Positions 27,656 to 37,372 are shown, counted from the first letter of the stretch. The stretch is 64,000 bases of DNA from Candidatus Gottesmanbacteria bacterium (GCA_016186795.1 JACPKY010000002.1:989892-1053891), one strand, 5' to 3'. A program made the numbers and translations. The notes: generated from the letters alone by a model not told the origin.

Positions 27656-28357
27656 ATGGATAAGTCCAAGCCAGTCATAATTTCTCTTGGTGGTTCTCTT
27701 GTCGTTCCCAATGGTGGGATTGACTCCACTTTTCTTTCTGCTTTCAGTGAATTTATCAGAATCAAGATAACGCTTGGTTGGAGATTTTTTATTGTTGTTG
27801 GAGGAGGAGCAACGGCTCGAATGTATATTGAGGGAGCACGTGCAATTGTTGGCTCGATAACTGACTGGGATTTAGACTGGTTGGGAATTCATACAACACG
27901 GCTGAACGCTCATCTTATCCGTACGATATTCCAGGACGTTGCCCATCCGAGAATTATTGAAAATTACGAAAAGAAAATTGAAGACTTGAAAGAACCGTTA
28001 GTTGTTGCGTCAGGATGGAAACCAGGAAGGTCAACAGATTATGATGCTATTATTTTGGCAAGAGATTATGGTGCCGGAGCAATTATTAACATGTCCAATA
28101 TCGTGAGCGTTTGTGATAAAGATCCGAACAGGTATCCAGATGCTAAACCTGTTCATCAGCTGACATGGGAAAAATTTCAGGAATTGATTGGAACCGAATG
28201 GCACCCAGGCAGTAATGTTCCATTTGATCCGATAGCAACGAAACTTGCCCACGAGCTTGGGTTGTCTGTATTTATCGTTGGTAGTGACCTTGAGAATCTG
28301 GAGCTGATATTTTCGGGAAAATCAGATTTTGTTGGGACTATCATTACTCCTGAATGA
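27656..28357 (+). CDS. pyrH: UMP kinase (archaeal-type amino-acid-kinase fold)
   Basis: ISLGGS start and FIVVGGGATARMY glycine-rich motifs of the carbamate/UMP kinase family. About 230 aa. Confidence 0.6.
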   Translation: MDKSKPVIISLGGSLVVPNGGIDSTFLSAFSEFIRIKITLGWRFFIVVGGGATARMYIEGARAIVGSITDWDLDWLGIHTTRLNAHLIRTIFQDVAHPRIIENYEKKIEDLKEPLVVASGWKPGRSTDYDAIILARDYGAGAIINMSNIVSVCDKDPNRYPDAKPVHQLTWEKFQELIGTEWHPGSNVPFDPIATKLAHELGLSVFIVGSDLENLELIFSGKSDFVGTIITPE

Positions 28358-29427
28358 TTCTAACGCGTCTTGCCCTTTCTAATTTTCGTCAGTATATAAA
28401 GCGAAATCTCTCTCTTTCTCCAAAGACCACAGTTCTTGTAGGGAGTAATGCTATTGGCAAAACAAACCTTCTGGAATCTATCTATCTACTTTCGTACGGG
28501 AAAAGTTTTCATACGAGTGATGAGCGTGAGATGATTTCCTTTACGAAGGAATTCGCCCGGGTGAAGGGTGAATTCCAAGAGGATGTTACTCTTGAGGTTT
28601 TTCTCACCCGTGGAGAAGTAGAGAAGATCCGGACTCCGTATAAAAAGTTTACAGTCAATGGGGTAGGAAAGCGCCTTGTTGATTTCACAGGGAATCTCAA
28701 GGTGGTTCTGTTCTGGCCATTGGATCTTGATTTGGTGACGGACTCTCCTTCACTTCGACGGAAATATCTCAGTAACGTATTAGTCCAAGTAGATCATGAG
28801 TATCGGAGGTGTCTTTTATCATACGAAAGGGGACTTAGGCAGCGCAATAAAATTCTTGAGAATATCCGGGAAGGGAAAGCATCACAGTCACAACTTCCTT
28901 TCTGGAATCAGTTACTTATTAAAACCGGTTCATACATTACCCAGAAAAGGAGACAGTACATTGACTTTGTGAATACGTTTCACCCTCCCCATGAGGCATT
29001 TCAAGGAATGAGGTATCGACTAGTCTATGATACAAGCGTTATATCCGATGATCGACTAGCAAAATACAAAGATGCAGAGATTGCTTCCGGAGTGACACTC
29101 GTTGGACCACATCGGGATGATGTTATTATCGAGATTACCCTGAAAGAAGCTTCCAATTCATTTAAAAATCTGTCACATTTTGGCAGTCGAGGAGAGCAAA
29201 GACTTGGAGTACTTTTCATAAAAATCGCCGAACTGCAATTTATTCAGGAGCAAACTGGTGTCACGCCTTTATTTCTCCTTGATGATATTTTATCCGAACT
29301 TGATCACAAACACCGACAAATTATCTTTGAGATGACGAAGAATCAACAAACAATCATGACGACAACAGATCTGCATTTTATCGATAAAAAACATCTCTCC
29401 CGTGTTGAGCTTGTTTCTCTTCCATAG
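28354..29427 (+). CDS. recF: DNA replication and repair protein RecF
   Basis: Walker A LVGSNAIGKTNLLES, signature and LLDDILSELD Walker B of an SMC-like ABC ATPase. Confidence 0.85.
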   Translation: MILTRLALSNFRQYIKRNLSLSPKTTVLVGSNAIGKTNLLESIYLLSYGKSFHTSDEREMISFTKEFARVKGEFQEDVTLEVFLTRGEVEKIRTPYKKFTVNGVGKRLVDFTGNLKVVLFWPLDLDLVTDSPSLRRKYLSNVLVQVDHEYRRCLLSYERGLRQRNKILENIREGKASQSQLPFWNQLLIKTGSYITQKRRQYIDFVNTFHPPHEAFQGMRYRLVYDTSVISDDRLAKYKDAEIASGVTLVGPHRDDVIIEITLKEASNSFKNLSHFGSRGEQRLGVLFIKIAELQFIQEQTGVTPLFLLDDILSELDHKHRQIIFEMTKNQQTIMTTTDLHFIDKKHLSRVELVSLP

Positions 29428-29442
29428 TATGATGGACGAATC

Positions 29443-30387
29443 ATGGAAAATTCTCTCTCAATCTATCTAAAAAGTATCAAAATTCCAGAGAAGTCTTCCC
29501 ATAAAGGTCAAAATGGGAGACTTCTCCTTGTTGGAGGATCTCATCTTTTTCATGCAGCGTCTCTTTGGTCTCTCACGACCGCTTCTCGTATTGTTGATCT
29601 TGTACATTATGCTTCGATAGAGGAGAATAATAAAATTGTTCAGAACCGAAAGGAAGAGTTCCGAAACGGGATTATCATACCTCGTTCGGAGATTGAAAGT
29701 TATATTGATGAAGATGATTGCATTTTAATCGGGCCGGGAATGGTACGTGAAGATCAAAAATCAATCCGCCAGCTGGCGGACAAAAAGCAAAAATACATAT
29801 CAAAAATTAAAAATTTAAAGGAAGTTAATCAGATTCAAGATGAAGGAGTACTAACTTATTACTTGACGAAATATTTGCTTGAGAAATATCCTCATAAAAA
29901 ATGGGTGATCGATGCCGGATCATTGCAGATGATGGAGCTTTCTTGGATTCCCAAAAACGCAATTTTGACCCCACACCGTAAAGAATTCGAGATGCTCAAG
30001 TTCAAAGTTCAAAGTGAAAAGTTAAAAGTCTTCCTTAAAACGAAAAAATTAGATGAGCAGTTAAAATTATTTGCAAAGGAATATAACTGCATTATTTTAT
30101 TGAAAGGCGAAGTTGATTACATAGCTTCACCGACACAATTTGAGAAAATAGAAGGTGGTAATGCCGGAATGACCAAAGGAGGGACAGGGGATGTTTTGGC
30201 TGGGCTTGTGGCAGCATTGTATTGTAAAAACGATGCATTTTCCTCCGCAGTGGTTGCTTCCTACATAAACAAAAAAGCCGGGGATGATCTATTCAAAACT
30301 CATGGGTATTGGTTTAATGCTTCGGACCTTTCAAATCAAATACCCAAAACAATGAAAGAGGTTTTTGAGAGGACGTCTCCTAAATAA
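29443..30387 (+). CDS. NAD(P)H-hydrate dehydratase (YjeF C-terminal/carbohydrate-kinase-like); carries an in-frame palindromic-repeat insertion
   Basis: GPG...DAGSL...GGTGDVLAG motifs. The insert QKSIRQLADKKQKYISKIKNLKE lies between conserved blocks. Confidence 0.6.
   Translation: MENSLSIYLKSIKIPEKSSHKGQNGRLLLVGGSHLFHAASLWSLTTASRIVDLVHYASIEENNKIVQNRKEEFRNGIIIPRSEIESYIDEDDCILIGPGMVREDQKSIRQLADKKQKYISKIKNLKEVNQIQDEGVLTYYLTKYLLEKYPHKKWVIDAGSLQMMELSWIPKNAILTPHRKEFEMLKFKVQSEKLKVFLKTKKLDEQLKLFAKEYNCIILLKGEVDYIASPTQFEKIEGGNAGMTKGGTGDVLAGLVAALYCKNDAFSSAVVASYINKKAGDDLFKTHGYWFNASDLSNQIPKTMKEVFERTSPK
29751..29784. repeat. Palindrome-centred repeat element, copy 2 (34-mer identical to copy 1; same reading frame as copy 1)
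   Basis: ATCAAAAATCAATCCGCCAGCTGGCGGACAAAAA, palindrome at 29763-29778. Confidence 0.75.
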
Positions 30388-31816
30388 CAATTTTTACCAT
30401 TCCTTTGGTTGCATCAACTTCAACCATTTGCCCGTTGTTAAGTACTTTTGTTGCATTACCTGTACCAACGATGCACGGAATCCCAAATTCTCGAGAAACA
30501 ATGGCAGCGTGACTGGTAATTCCTCCTTCATCGGTCACAATTGCCGCAGCTTTTCTCATAGCAGAAACGTAGTCGGGGTGAGTGGAGGGCGCAACGAGAA
30601 TATTTCCAGTTTTTACTTTCTTTATATCTTTTACCCCTTTCACAATTCGTACTACTCCCCGGGCAATACCGCTTGAAGCAACTTGCCCTTTTATTTCTTC
30701 CGTTTGGTCTGAATTATCGGTCAAGTGGAACATACTAAGAGCTATTTTTACGTCTTTGCCGGCAAGACAAACAAGATTTTTGTGCACATCGAGGTAAGAA
30801 ACGAACCCCTTCTTTCTATTTCGAACAAGTTTTTGTGATATTGTCCGGTGACCATCAAGAAATGTGCTGATATCTGAAATTTGGAGAAAGCTACTATCTT
30901 TTGGGTGTATTTTCATCCTCCGTGCTATTTCTCCGAAAAAGGAAAGAGCGTAGAAGACTCCTTGACGTCTGAAGTCGTCTCGGACATCTTTTATGTAGAC
31001 GAACCGTTTTGCGGCAAAAAGATAGGAGAGATCATTCTTTTTAATATGGAGTTTCTTGGCATAAAAAGAGAAAAGTTTAATTTTCTTTTTATTTATAGGC
31101 GGAAGTTGCACGATATATCTTTGAAATTCTGATCTCGTCCAAGGACTATTGTGAAGATCCAAACATGAGAGCCATTTATATTTCTCATAAAGAGTCGTAA
31201 ATACATTACTTTTGAAATTTCCCTGTAGTTTGTTTCCCGCATATTGAAGTCTGAGTGCAGTTGAGGGAAAGTCAGGTGTAAAAAGTGAATCGAGAATATC
31301 CTGACGGCTGTTTTGATTATTCTGTTTTTGATACCTATCGAGAATAGATGTAGCTTCCTCTGAGATGAAATTATTGATGATAAAAGATGTCCACGCATAG
31401 ACGGAATACTCAAAAAGCTTTGTTTGGTATTGTTGGTAAAGCCTTTTAAGCTGTTTATCTGTTTTAGATTTTAGATTGAGATTTGCTAGAGTTTTACAGA
31501 ATCGGACATATTCTTTTCCCAAGCGGATTAACTCTCTCTCATAACGAATAAGTTTTTTCAGATTTTTGGTGTATTTTGCATTTAAAGACTCAACGACATC
31601 ACGCCAGGCAGTTTCATCGATATAGAATGCAGTATTTGGTCCTTCTGGGATGACAACCTGGTCAATTGAAGGTTTTGGGATATGGGTTTTGATAAGGTTT
31701 GAAAGACAAAGAATTGCACCTTCCGAGTACTGCACGCCATAGTCTCTGACATATATTTTTTTCCAAGAGATTGAGGGAAGCTTCTTTTGGAAAATAGGTG
31801 TAGGAATATTTTTCAT
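30380..31816 (-). CDS. PEP-utilizing enzyme mobile (phosphohistidine swivel) domain protein with an unknown ~370-aa N-terminal region
   Basis: C-terminal VTDEGGITSHAAIVSREFGIPCIVGTG is the PEP-utilizers His-domain signature. No ATP-grasp domain was seen. Confidence 0.5.
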   Translation of the reverse strand: MKNIPTPIFQKKLPSISWKKIYVRDYGVQYSEGAILCLSNLIKTHIPKPSIDQVVIPEGPNTAFYIDETAWRDVVESLNAKYTKNLKKLIRYERELIRLGKEYVRFCKTLANLNLKSKTDKQLKRLYQQYQTKLFEYSVYAWTSFIINNFISEEATSILDRYQKQNNQNSRQDILDSLFTPDFPSTALRLQYAGNKLQGNFKSNVFTTLYEKYKWLSCLDLHNSPWTRSEFQRYIVQLPPINKKKIKLFSFYAKKLHIKKNDLSYLFAAKRFVYIKDVRDDFRRQGVFYALSFFGEIARRMKIHPKDSSFLQISDISTFLDGHRTISQKLVRNRKKGFVSYLDVHKNLVCLAGKDVKIALSMFHLTDNSDQTEEIKGQVASSGIARGVVRIVKGVKDIKKVKTGNILVAPSTHPDYVSAMRKAAAIVTDEGGITSHAAIVSREFGIPCIVGTGNATKVLNNGQMVEVDATKGMVKIVI

Positions 31817-31819
31817 TTC

Positions 31820-32398
31820 TTATTCCCTAAAAATTGGCTCTTTTGAGAGTCCGAGTTCCTTCCGGACATTTTTTATGCGATTGACGTATTCCCGAAAGAT
31901 CTCATCCTTCTTGTGAAGACGATAAAAACCCTCTGCACCTGCATAGAGAGAACATTCAAAGACGTCGGCATCTTTGGCAAGCTCAACATACGGTTTTTCC
32001 GTATATACCTGTTTGTCGCTGTGACTTGCTATTGCTTCGGTGATCGTTTGTATTTCATCGAATGGAAAAGAATGAGATTTTATTAGTATGTCTTTTGCCA
32101 TTTCAGCACCCAATCTAGCATGGTTAGCATATTTACCCGTCACGATAGCATAAATATCATGGAGAACGCAGATAATCTCAGTAATTTCCACGTCAAGACC
32201 GCGCTTAATAGCAAGGATTCGTCCTATTTGAACAGTTCCTGCATGATGTTTTAACTCCCAAACAACGGAGTTTTCTCTTTTGTCGTCCGGAATTTTACTC
32301 TCCAAGATCATTTTCGTAACCAGGCGTTGGATCTTTTCAGAACGAGAGAGAGTACTTCCTTTGAAGTGATGGTAGTCTTTGAGCATAGGGCTTTTCAA
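31820..32398 (-). CDS. HD-domain phosphohydrolase
   Basis: H...HD (ICVLHDIYA) metal-binding pattern. 192 aa. Confidence 0.5.
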   Translation of the reverse strand: MKSPMLKDYHHFKGSTLSRSEKIQRLVTKMILESKIPDDKRENSVVWELKHHAGTVQIGRILAIKRGLDVEITEIICVLHDIYAIVTGKYANHARLGAEMAKDILIKSHSFPFDEIQTITEAIASHSDKQVYTEKPYVELAKDADVFECSLYAGAEGFYRLHKKDEIFREYVNRIKNVRKELGLSKEPIFRE

Positions 32399-32844
32399 AG
32401 AAATATCTTATACCCTTCTGGCCCATAGAGTTCTTCATTGAAAAATTTTGTCCGAGACGGAGAAATGCGATAAATTTTACCTTTGATCTTACCGGTTTTC
32501 ATACTTTGGTAATTGATAACATTTTCAAATCCAGGATTTTTTGTATTCCAGAGCTTGAGGGCGTGTTTGATTTCTTTTTCCTCTGTAACTTCGTTGGCAT
32601 TTCCTTCGATTTGCACTCCCTTCTTTTTGTCTGCTACTCTTTGATGTGAGTCAAAAATTGCAACAGCAACAGATGTATTGCCAGAAATATTTTTGCAATG
32701 TTTCGACTTCGGTTCGCTGATAAAATATAAATCTCCTGAAGCATCTTCTGCATAAAATACAGTACAGATATATGGTTTTTTCGATACAGTCGCAAGATTT
32801 AATAGCCTCTGTGTTTTGAGGAAATTTAAAATATCTTTTTTCAT
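32395..32844 (-). CDS. Pyridoxamine 5'-phosphate oxidase-like FMN-binding split-barrel protein
   Basis: LLNLATVS...YFISEP pattern typical of the PNPOx-like fold. 149 aa. Confidence 0.45.
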   Translation of the reverse strand: MKKDILNFLKTQRLLNLATVSKKPYICTVFYAEDASGDLYFISEPKSKHCKNISGNTSVAVAIFDSHQRVADKKKGVQIEGNANEVTEEKEIKHALKLWNTKNPGFENVINYQSMKTGKIKGKIYRISPSRTKFFNEELYGPEGYKIFL

Positions 32845-33581
32845 ATAGTTGTCATATACCCGCCATCTACAACCAATATCTGTCCGGTAACATTTTTTGC
32901 TCCCGCAAGGTAGAGCATGACATCAGCAATTTCTCCTGGCATGATCCATCGCCTAGAAAGCGTTGTTGCCAGAAGATTTTTTTCTTCTTTTTGAGATTGT
33001 TTATCCCAGAAGCGCGTTTTCGTGAATCCAGGTGCAACGGCATTGACTGTAATATTTGGTGCGAGAATCTTAGCAAGTGCTTTCGTGAAACCCGTTACTG
33101 CAGAGCGAGCCGAGGTAAACGTAAGAATACTGGTACATCCAGTCAGTCCACAGATTGAAGAAACATTGATAATTGATCCTGATTTTCTTTTCTTCATTAA
33201 TTTTGCTGCTTCCTGACTGCAGTAAACCATACTGAAAAAATTTTCCTCAAATTCTTTGATCAAGTCTCTTCGGGTAATATCAAAAAATGGTTTTGGGGTA
33301 GCTAAACCCGCATTGTTAATAAGAATGTCAATCGTTCCAAAATATTCCTCTGACTCTTGGAATAACCGCTTTACTTGATTTGGATCAGAAACGTCTGCTT
33401 TTATACAGAGCGCATTTCGGCCCATTTGTTTTATCTGCTTTGCAACTTTTTCACCTTCACCGACGTCTGTTCTGCAGTTTATAACAACATTTGCACCTTC
33501 TATTGCAAATTTTATCGCTGCCTCTTTCCCGATTCCACTTGATGATCCAGTGATAAGAACAACGTGATCATTATATTTCAT
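32841..33581 (-). CDS. SDR-family oxidoreductase (FabG-like)
   Basis: TGSSSGIGK cofactor motif, NNAG, and a YxxxK catalytic region. Confidence 0.8.
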   Translation of the reverse strand: MKYNDHVVLITGSSSGIGKEAAIKFAIEGANVVINCRTDVGEGEKVAKQIKQMGRNALCIKADVSDPNQVKRLFQESEEYFGTIDILINNAGLATPKPFFDITRRDLIKEFEENFFSMVYCSQEAAKLMKKRKSGSIINVSSICGLTGCTSILTFTSARSAVTGFTKALAKILAPNITVNAVAPGFTKTRFWDKQSQKEEKNLLATTLSRRWIMPGEIADVMLYLAGAKNVTGQILVVDGGYMTTI

Positions 33582-33583
33582 GA

Positions 33584-33949
33584 TTAGTTATTCACTTTTT
33601 CAGCGATTTTGCTGAGTTGATAGGTAATGGTAACGGCAAGGACAGTAATAAGAATGGCATAGATAAAAAGTGAAATAATCCCGCTTCCTATTGAAAGATA
33701 CTCTTTTATGTAATTATTTACTAGTTCTTGAATGACATTATTCCACGCAAGAGCTGCAACAAGTCCAAAACCAGAAGTTGCCAGCGTGATCATTTGTTTA
33801 ATGACTGCTTTATGGAGAGCTTTTTTCTTTTTTTGTTGTAGCGACATATGGATAATAATAGCAACGTGAGGCTGAAAGTCAATCTCGGAGTGTTTGCTAA
33901 GGATGGGGAGTGTGAGATAATAATGCCATGTTTTCTCCAAAATATTCAA
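33584..33949 (-). CDS. Small hypothetical membrane protein
   Basis: 121 aa with 2 TM segments. Confidence 0.3.
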   Translation of the reverse strand: MNILEKTWHYYLTLPILSKHSEIDFQPHVAIIIHMSLQQKKKKALHKAVIKQMITLATSGFGLVAALAWNNVIQELVNNYIKEYLSIGSGIISLFIYAILITVLAVTITYQLSKIAEKVNN

Positions 33950-34977
33950 TAAGTAATAGAATTCTCAAAAACATTGGAGTCGTTGAAGCATCTCGTGAAG
34001 TTATTCTCAATGCTCCGCTTCTTCCTGCGTACGAGAAAAAATTCCGTGAGGAAGCAATTGTCCGAACCGTCCACCATGGCACGCATATCGAAGGGAATGA
34101 ACTAAATTTCACTGAGGCTGCTCAGGTTCTTAAAGGGAATGAAATTGTTGGAAGAGATAGAGACATTCAGGAGGTTCTAAACTACAGAAACGTATTGCGA
34201 TACCTCGATTTTATTGGACAAGGTGCGGAAACTGAAGGAAAAATTACAGAAAATGTGGTTGAAAAAGTTCACGCATTCGTTGTTGAAAAACTTTTGCCAA
34301 TCGAACAATGCGGTTCTTATCGGAAAACGCAAGTAGTTGTGAAAAATTCCATTACAGGAGAGATAACATTTCGTCCACCACCTGCAATTGAAGTTCCCTA
34401 TCAAGTAGAAGAGTTTTTATCTTGGTTAAATGCCCTGGAAAAAGATGAACTCCACCCAGTCTTAAAAGCAGGAATAACACACTATGAGCTCGTTCGTATC
34501 CATCCATTCGTTGACGGGAATGGCCGGATGGCAAGAGCTGTTGCAACACTTGTCCTATTCCTTGAAAACTATGACATCAAGAAGTTTTTTTCACTTGAGG
34601 AGTACTACGATCGAGATGCAGTTCATTACTACGATGCCCTCAAGTCAGCATCTGGTGGAGAGTTGACAAAGTGGCTTGAGTATTTCACCCAAGGACTTTC
34701 GATTGAATTGACTCGGATTAAAGAAAAAATCCTCAAACTTTCAACAGATGTGCAACTGAAAGAGAAGCTCGGTGGGAAACAGGTCTTTCTTACAGAGCGT
34801 CAGATTGGTATTATGGAGTATATTCAGCGTGTCGGGTACTTACAGAATCAAAGCTTTCCAGATTTATTTCCGAAAATTTCTGAAGACACCATCCTTCGGG
34901 ATCTCAAAGATCTGATGGACAAAGGGATTATCAAAAAAGTAGGAAAGACGAAGGCGGCACGGTATACGCTCGGATAA
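33928..34977 (+). CDS. Fic family protein (AMPylation/adenylyltransferase fold) with a C-terminal wHTH
   Basis: Canonical Fic motif HPFVDGNGRMARAV. N-terminal THIEGN segment resembles the inhibitory-helix motif. Confidence 0.85.
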   Translation: MFSPKYSISNRILKNIGVVEASREVILNAPLLPAYEKKFREEAIVRTVHHGTHIEGNELNFTEAAQVLKGNEIVGRDRDIQEVLNYRNVLRYLDFIGQGAETEGKITENVVEKVHAFVVEKLLPIEQCGSYRKTQVVVKNSITGEITFRPPPAIEVPYQVEEFLSWLNALEKDELHPVLKAGITHYELVRIHPFVDGNGRMARAVATLVLFLENYDIKKFFSLEEYYDRDAVHYYDALKSASGGELTKWLEYFTQGLSIELTRIKEKILKLSTDVQLKEKLGGKQVFLTERQIGIMEYIQRVGYLQNQSFPDLFPKISEDTILRDLKDLMDKGIIKKVGKTKAARYTLG

Positions 34978-34981
34978 TAGT

Positions 34982-35596
34982 ATGACGGCGAAACCATTTA
35001 CAGAAAGACATATCGATGAATTCGTGGGAAGGTTTTTCAATCCCGATGCGGTACCCACTCCAAGATCAGGATTTCAGTACGGACAAAATCCTTTTGCTTC
35101 TTACCTTCCGATGTTTGAAACATTTCAGCCAGAAACAGGAAGTTTTGTTTCCACAGGTAGTGATTTTTTACTAAGAAATGTTATGCCTCTTTCCATGATA
35201 CGTTTCAGCACCAATTCGGGAAGTATATATACCTCAAAAGTAATTGAAGTAGGAGAAAATGGTATTGGTGTTATTGGTGTGGTCCGGAACGATTTAATTC
35301 CCACTCACGGTTCCTCTTCCCAATTTTATGTAGGATGGCTTATCCACCTAACTGTAGGAGATCCTGCACATTGGAGTGAATATGCAGATGCTCCAGATTA
35401 TAAAGAATTTGGAAATGTTACCTATGTAAATCCACAGACAGTTCGGGAAAGGATTGAGAAAAAGATAGACGATCTCTATACCCAGTATGGGGAGTCATGG
35501 GTAGAAAAGAGTGCTACAGATATTCCGAATAATCCAATGAATTCTGAAGTGCATATTTTTGATACTCATCCGGTTTTACATATTGAGGTCGAATAA
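34982..35596 (+). CDS. Hypothetical protein, translationally coupled downstream of Fic
   Basis: 204-aa ORF starting 4 bp after the Fic stop. No motif. Confidence 0.3.
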   Translation: MTAKPFTERHIDEFVGRFFNPDAVPTPRSGFQYGQNPFASYLPMFETFQPETGSFVSTGSDFLLRNVMPLSMIRFSTNSGSIYTSKVIEVGENGIGVIGVVRNDLIPTHGSSSQFYVGWLIHLTVGDPAHWSEYADAPDYKEFGNVTYVNPQTVRERIEKKIDDLYTQYGESWVEKSATDIPNNPMNSEVHIFDTHPVLHIEVE

Positions 35597-35602
35597 GCAT
35601 TT

Positions 35603-37372
35603 ATGACGTTTAAACACTTATCAGAATATTTCCAACAACTTGAAAAGACAACTCTCCGAAACAAGATGGTGGAGATTTTAGCCTCTCTTTTTAAGGAAGC
35701 AAATCCTGCAGAAATTGGGAAACTTTGTTACTTGTTGCAAGGAAGAGTCGCAGCTTTGTATACAGCAGTTGAGTTTGGTGTTGCGGACAAAATGATGATT
35801 CGAGCTATATCTCAAGGTTTAGAGATTGATCAGAAAGATGTCGTTACCGAGTTTAAGAAGGAAGGAGATTTAGGAACGACTGCAGAGAAATTGAGAGTAA
35901 GGAACAAAAGAAAAGGAACACGAAATACCATTACGATTTCTGAAGTATTTACTGATTTATATAAAGTAGCTTCGTCAACAGGAGATGGGTCTCAGGAACA
36001 AAAAGTAACTATCCTTGCAGGTCTTATACGATCAGTTGACCCCTTGTCTGTTCGCTATGTTGTCAGGATTACTCTCGGGAAACTTCGCTTAGGCTTTTCG
36101 GATATGACAATGCTTGACGGATTTTCCTGGATGGAGAAGGGGGATAAGAGTGGAAAAGAGACAATTGAGAAAGCCTACAATGTCCGGCCAGATTTAGCAT
36201 ACATAGGAGAAACAATTAAGAAATATGGGATAAAAGGCCTTCATGGAGTTCCGAAACCGGGAATTCCTATTCTCATGGCAAGGGCAAACAGGCTTTCCTC
36301 TGCAGAGGATATACTTCTCAAAATTGGCAGGTGTGCTGTGGAATACAAATACGATGGATTGAGATTGCAAGTTCACAAAGATGGAAAAATGCTCAAAATG
36401 TTCTCCCGAAATCTAGAAGATGTAACGTCAAGTTTTCCCGATATTGCCAAAGCAGTTCGCGTTCAGGTACATGTTGACTCAATTATTTTTGAGGGTGAGG
36501 TAGTTGCGTACAATCCAAAAAATGGTGTATTTGTCCCATTTCAAGAGACGATGCAAAGGAAGAGAAAGTACGATATTGAGAAGAAGGCTCTTGAGATTCC
36601 AGTGAAACTTTTTGTCTTCGAGCTTCTTTTTTGCAACGGGAAAAGTTTTTTAGGCAGTCCTTATTTTGAACGGAAAAAGAAACTGAAGGAGGTAATCCAA
36701 AAAGGAAATACAATTGTATACGCCCAGGAACATATTGTTTCAAAAGAGGCACAAATTGATGAAATCTTTGACGATTCAGTGGAAAAGAATTTTGAAGGGA
36801 TTATAGCCAAAAAGTTAGAAGGTCTTTATGAAGCGGGAGTCCGCGGATGGAATTGGATAAAGTACAAAAAGGCAATGAATAAGAAACTTACCGATACCGT
36901 CGATGTACTTGTCATGGGATACACAAAAGGGGAGGGGAAACGGACGTCATTTGGAGTTGGACAATTTCTTGGAGGATTATACGATGAGAAGCGTGATATG
37001 TTTGTGACGGTTTCAAAAATAGGAACAGGACTAACAGATGAGCAATTCCGAGATTTTTTTACAAGAGTAAAAAAACTTCATGCAAAAGAAAAACCACCTC
37101 TTTACGATGTTGATAAGCTACTTGAACCAGACGTATGGTTGGAGCCATCTCTTGTTGTTGAAATCGCCTGTGATGAAATTACCCGTTCTGCCGTTCATAC
37201 AGCCGGAAGAGTAATGAAGCCCTCTAAATCGGGAAAAGCCTTCGCAGTAGATATTCCCGGGTATGCGCTTCGCTTCCCTCGATTGGTTAGGTTTCGTGAT
37301 GACAGAAGACCTCAAGATGCAACGACCGTTAAGGAAGTAATGAAAATGTATGGGGCGCAAGGAAAAAAATGA
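35603..37372 (+). CDS. ATP-dependent DNA ligase (archaeal/eukaryal Lig1-like)
   Basis: KxDGxR adenylation motif in VEYKYDGLRLQV. 589 aa with an N-terminal DNA-binding domain and an OB fold. Confidence 0.85.
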   Translation: MTFKHLSEYFQQLEKTTLRNKMVEILASLFKEANPAEIGKLCYLLQGRVAALYTAVEFGVADKMMIRAISQGLEIDQKDVVTEFKKEGDLGTTAEKLRVRNKRKGTRNTITISEVFTDLYKVASSTGDGSQEQKVTILAGLIRSVDPLSVRYVVRITLGKLRLGFSDMTMLDGFSWMEKGDKSGKETIEKAYNVRPDLAYIGETIKKYGIKGLHGVPKPGIPILMARANRLSSAEDILLKIGRCAVEYKYDGLRLQVHKDGKMLKMFSRNLEDVTSSFPDIAKAVRVQVHVDSIIFEGEVVAYNPKNGVFVPFQETMQRKRKYDIEKKALEIPVKLFVFELLFCNGKSFLGSPYFERKKKLKEVIQKGNTIVYAQEHIVSKEAQIDEIFDDSVEKNFEGIIAKKLEGLYEAGVRGWNWIKYKKAMNKKLTDTVDVLVMGYTKGEGKRTSFGVGQFLGGLYDEKRDMFVTVSKIGTGLTDEQFRDFFTRVKKLHAKEKPPLYDVDKLLEPDVWLEPSLVVEIACDEITRSAVHTAGRVMKPSKSGKAFAVDIPGYALRFPRLVRFRDDRRPQDATTVKEVMKMYGAQGKK

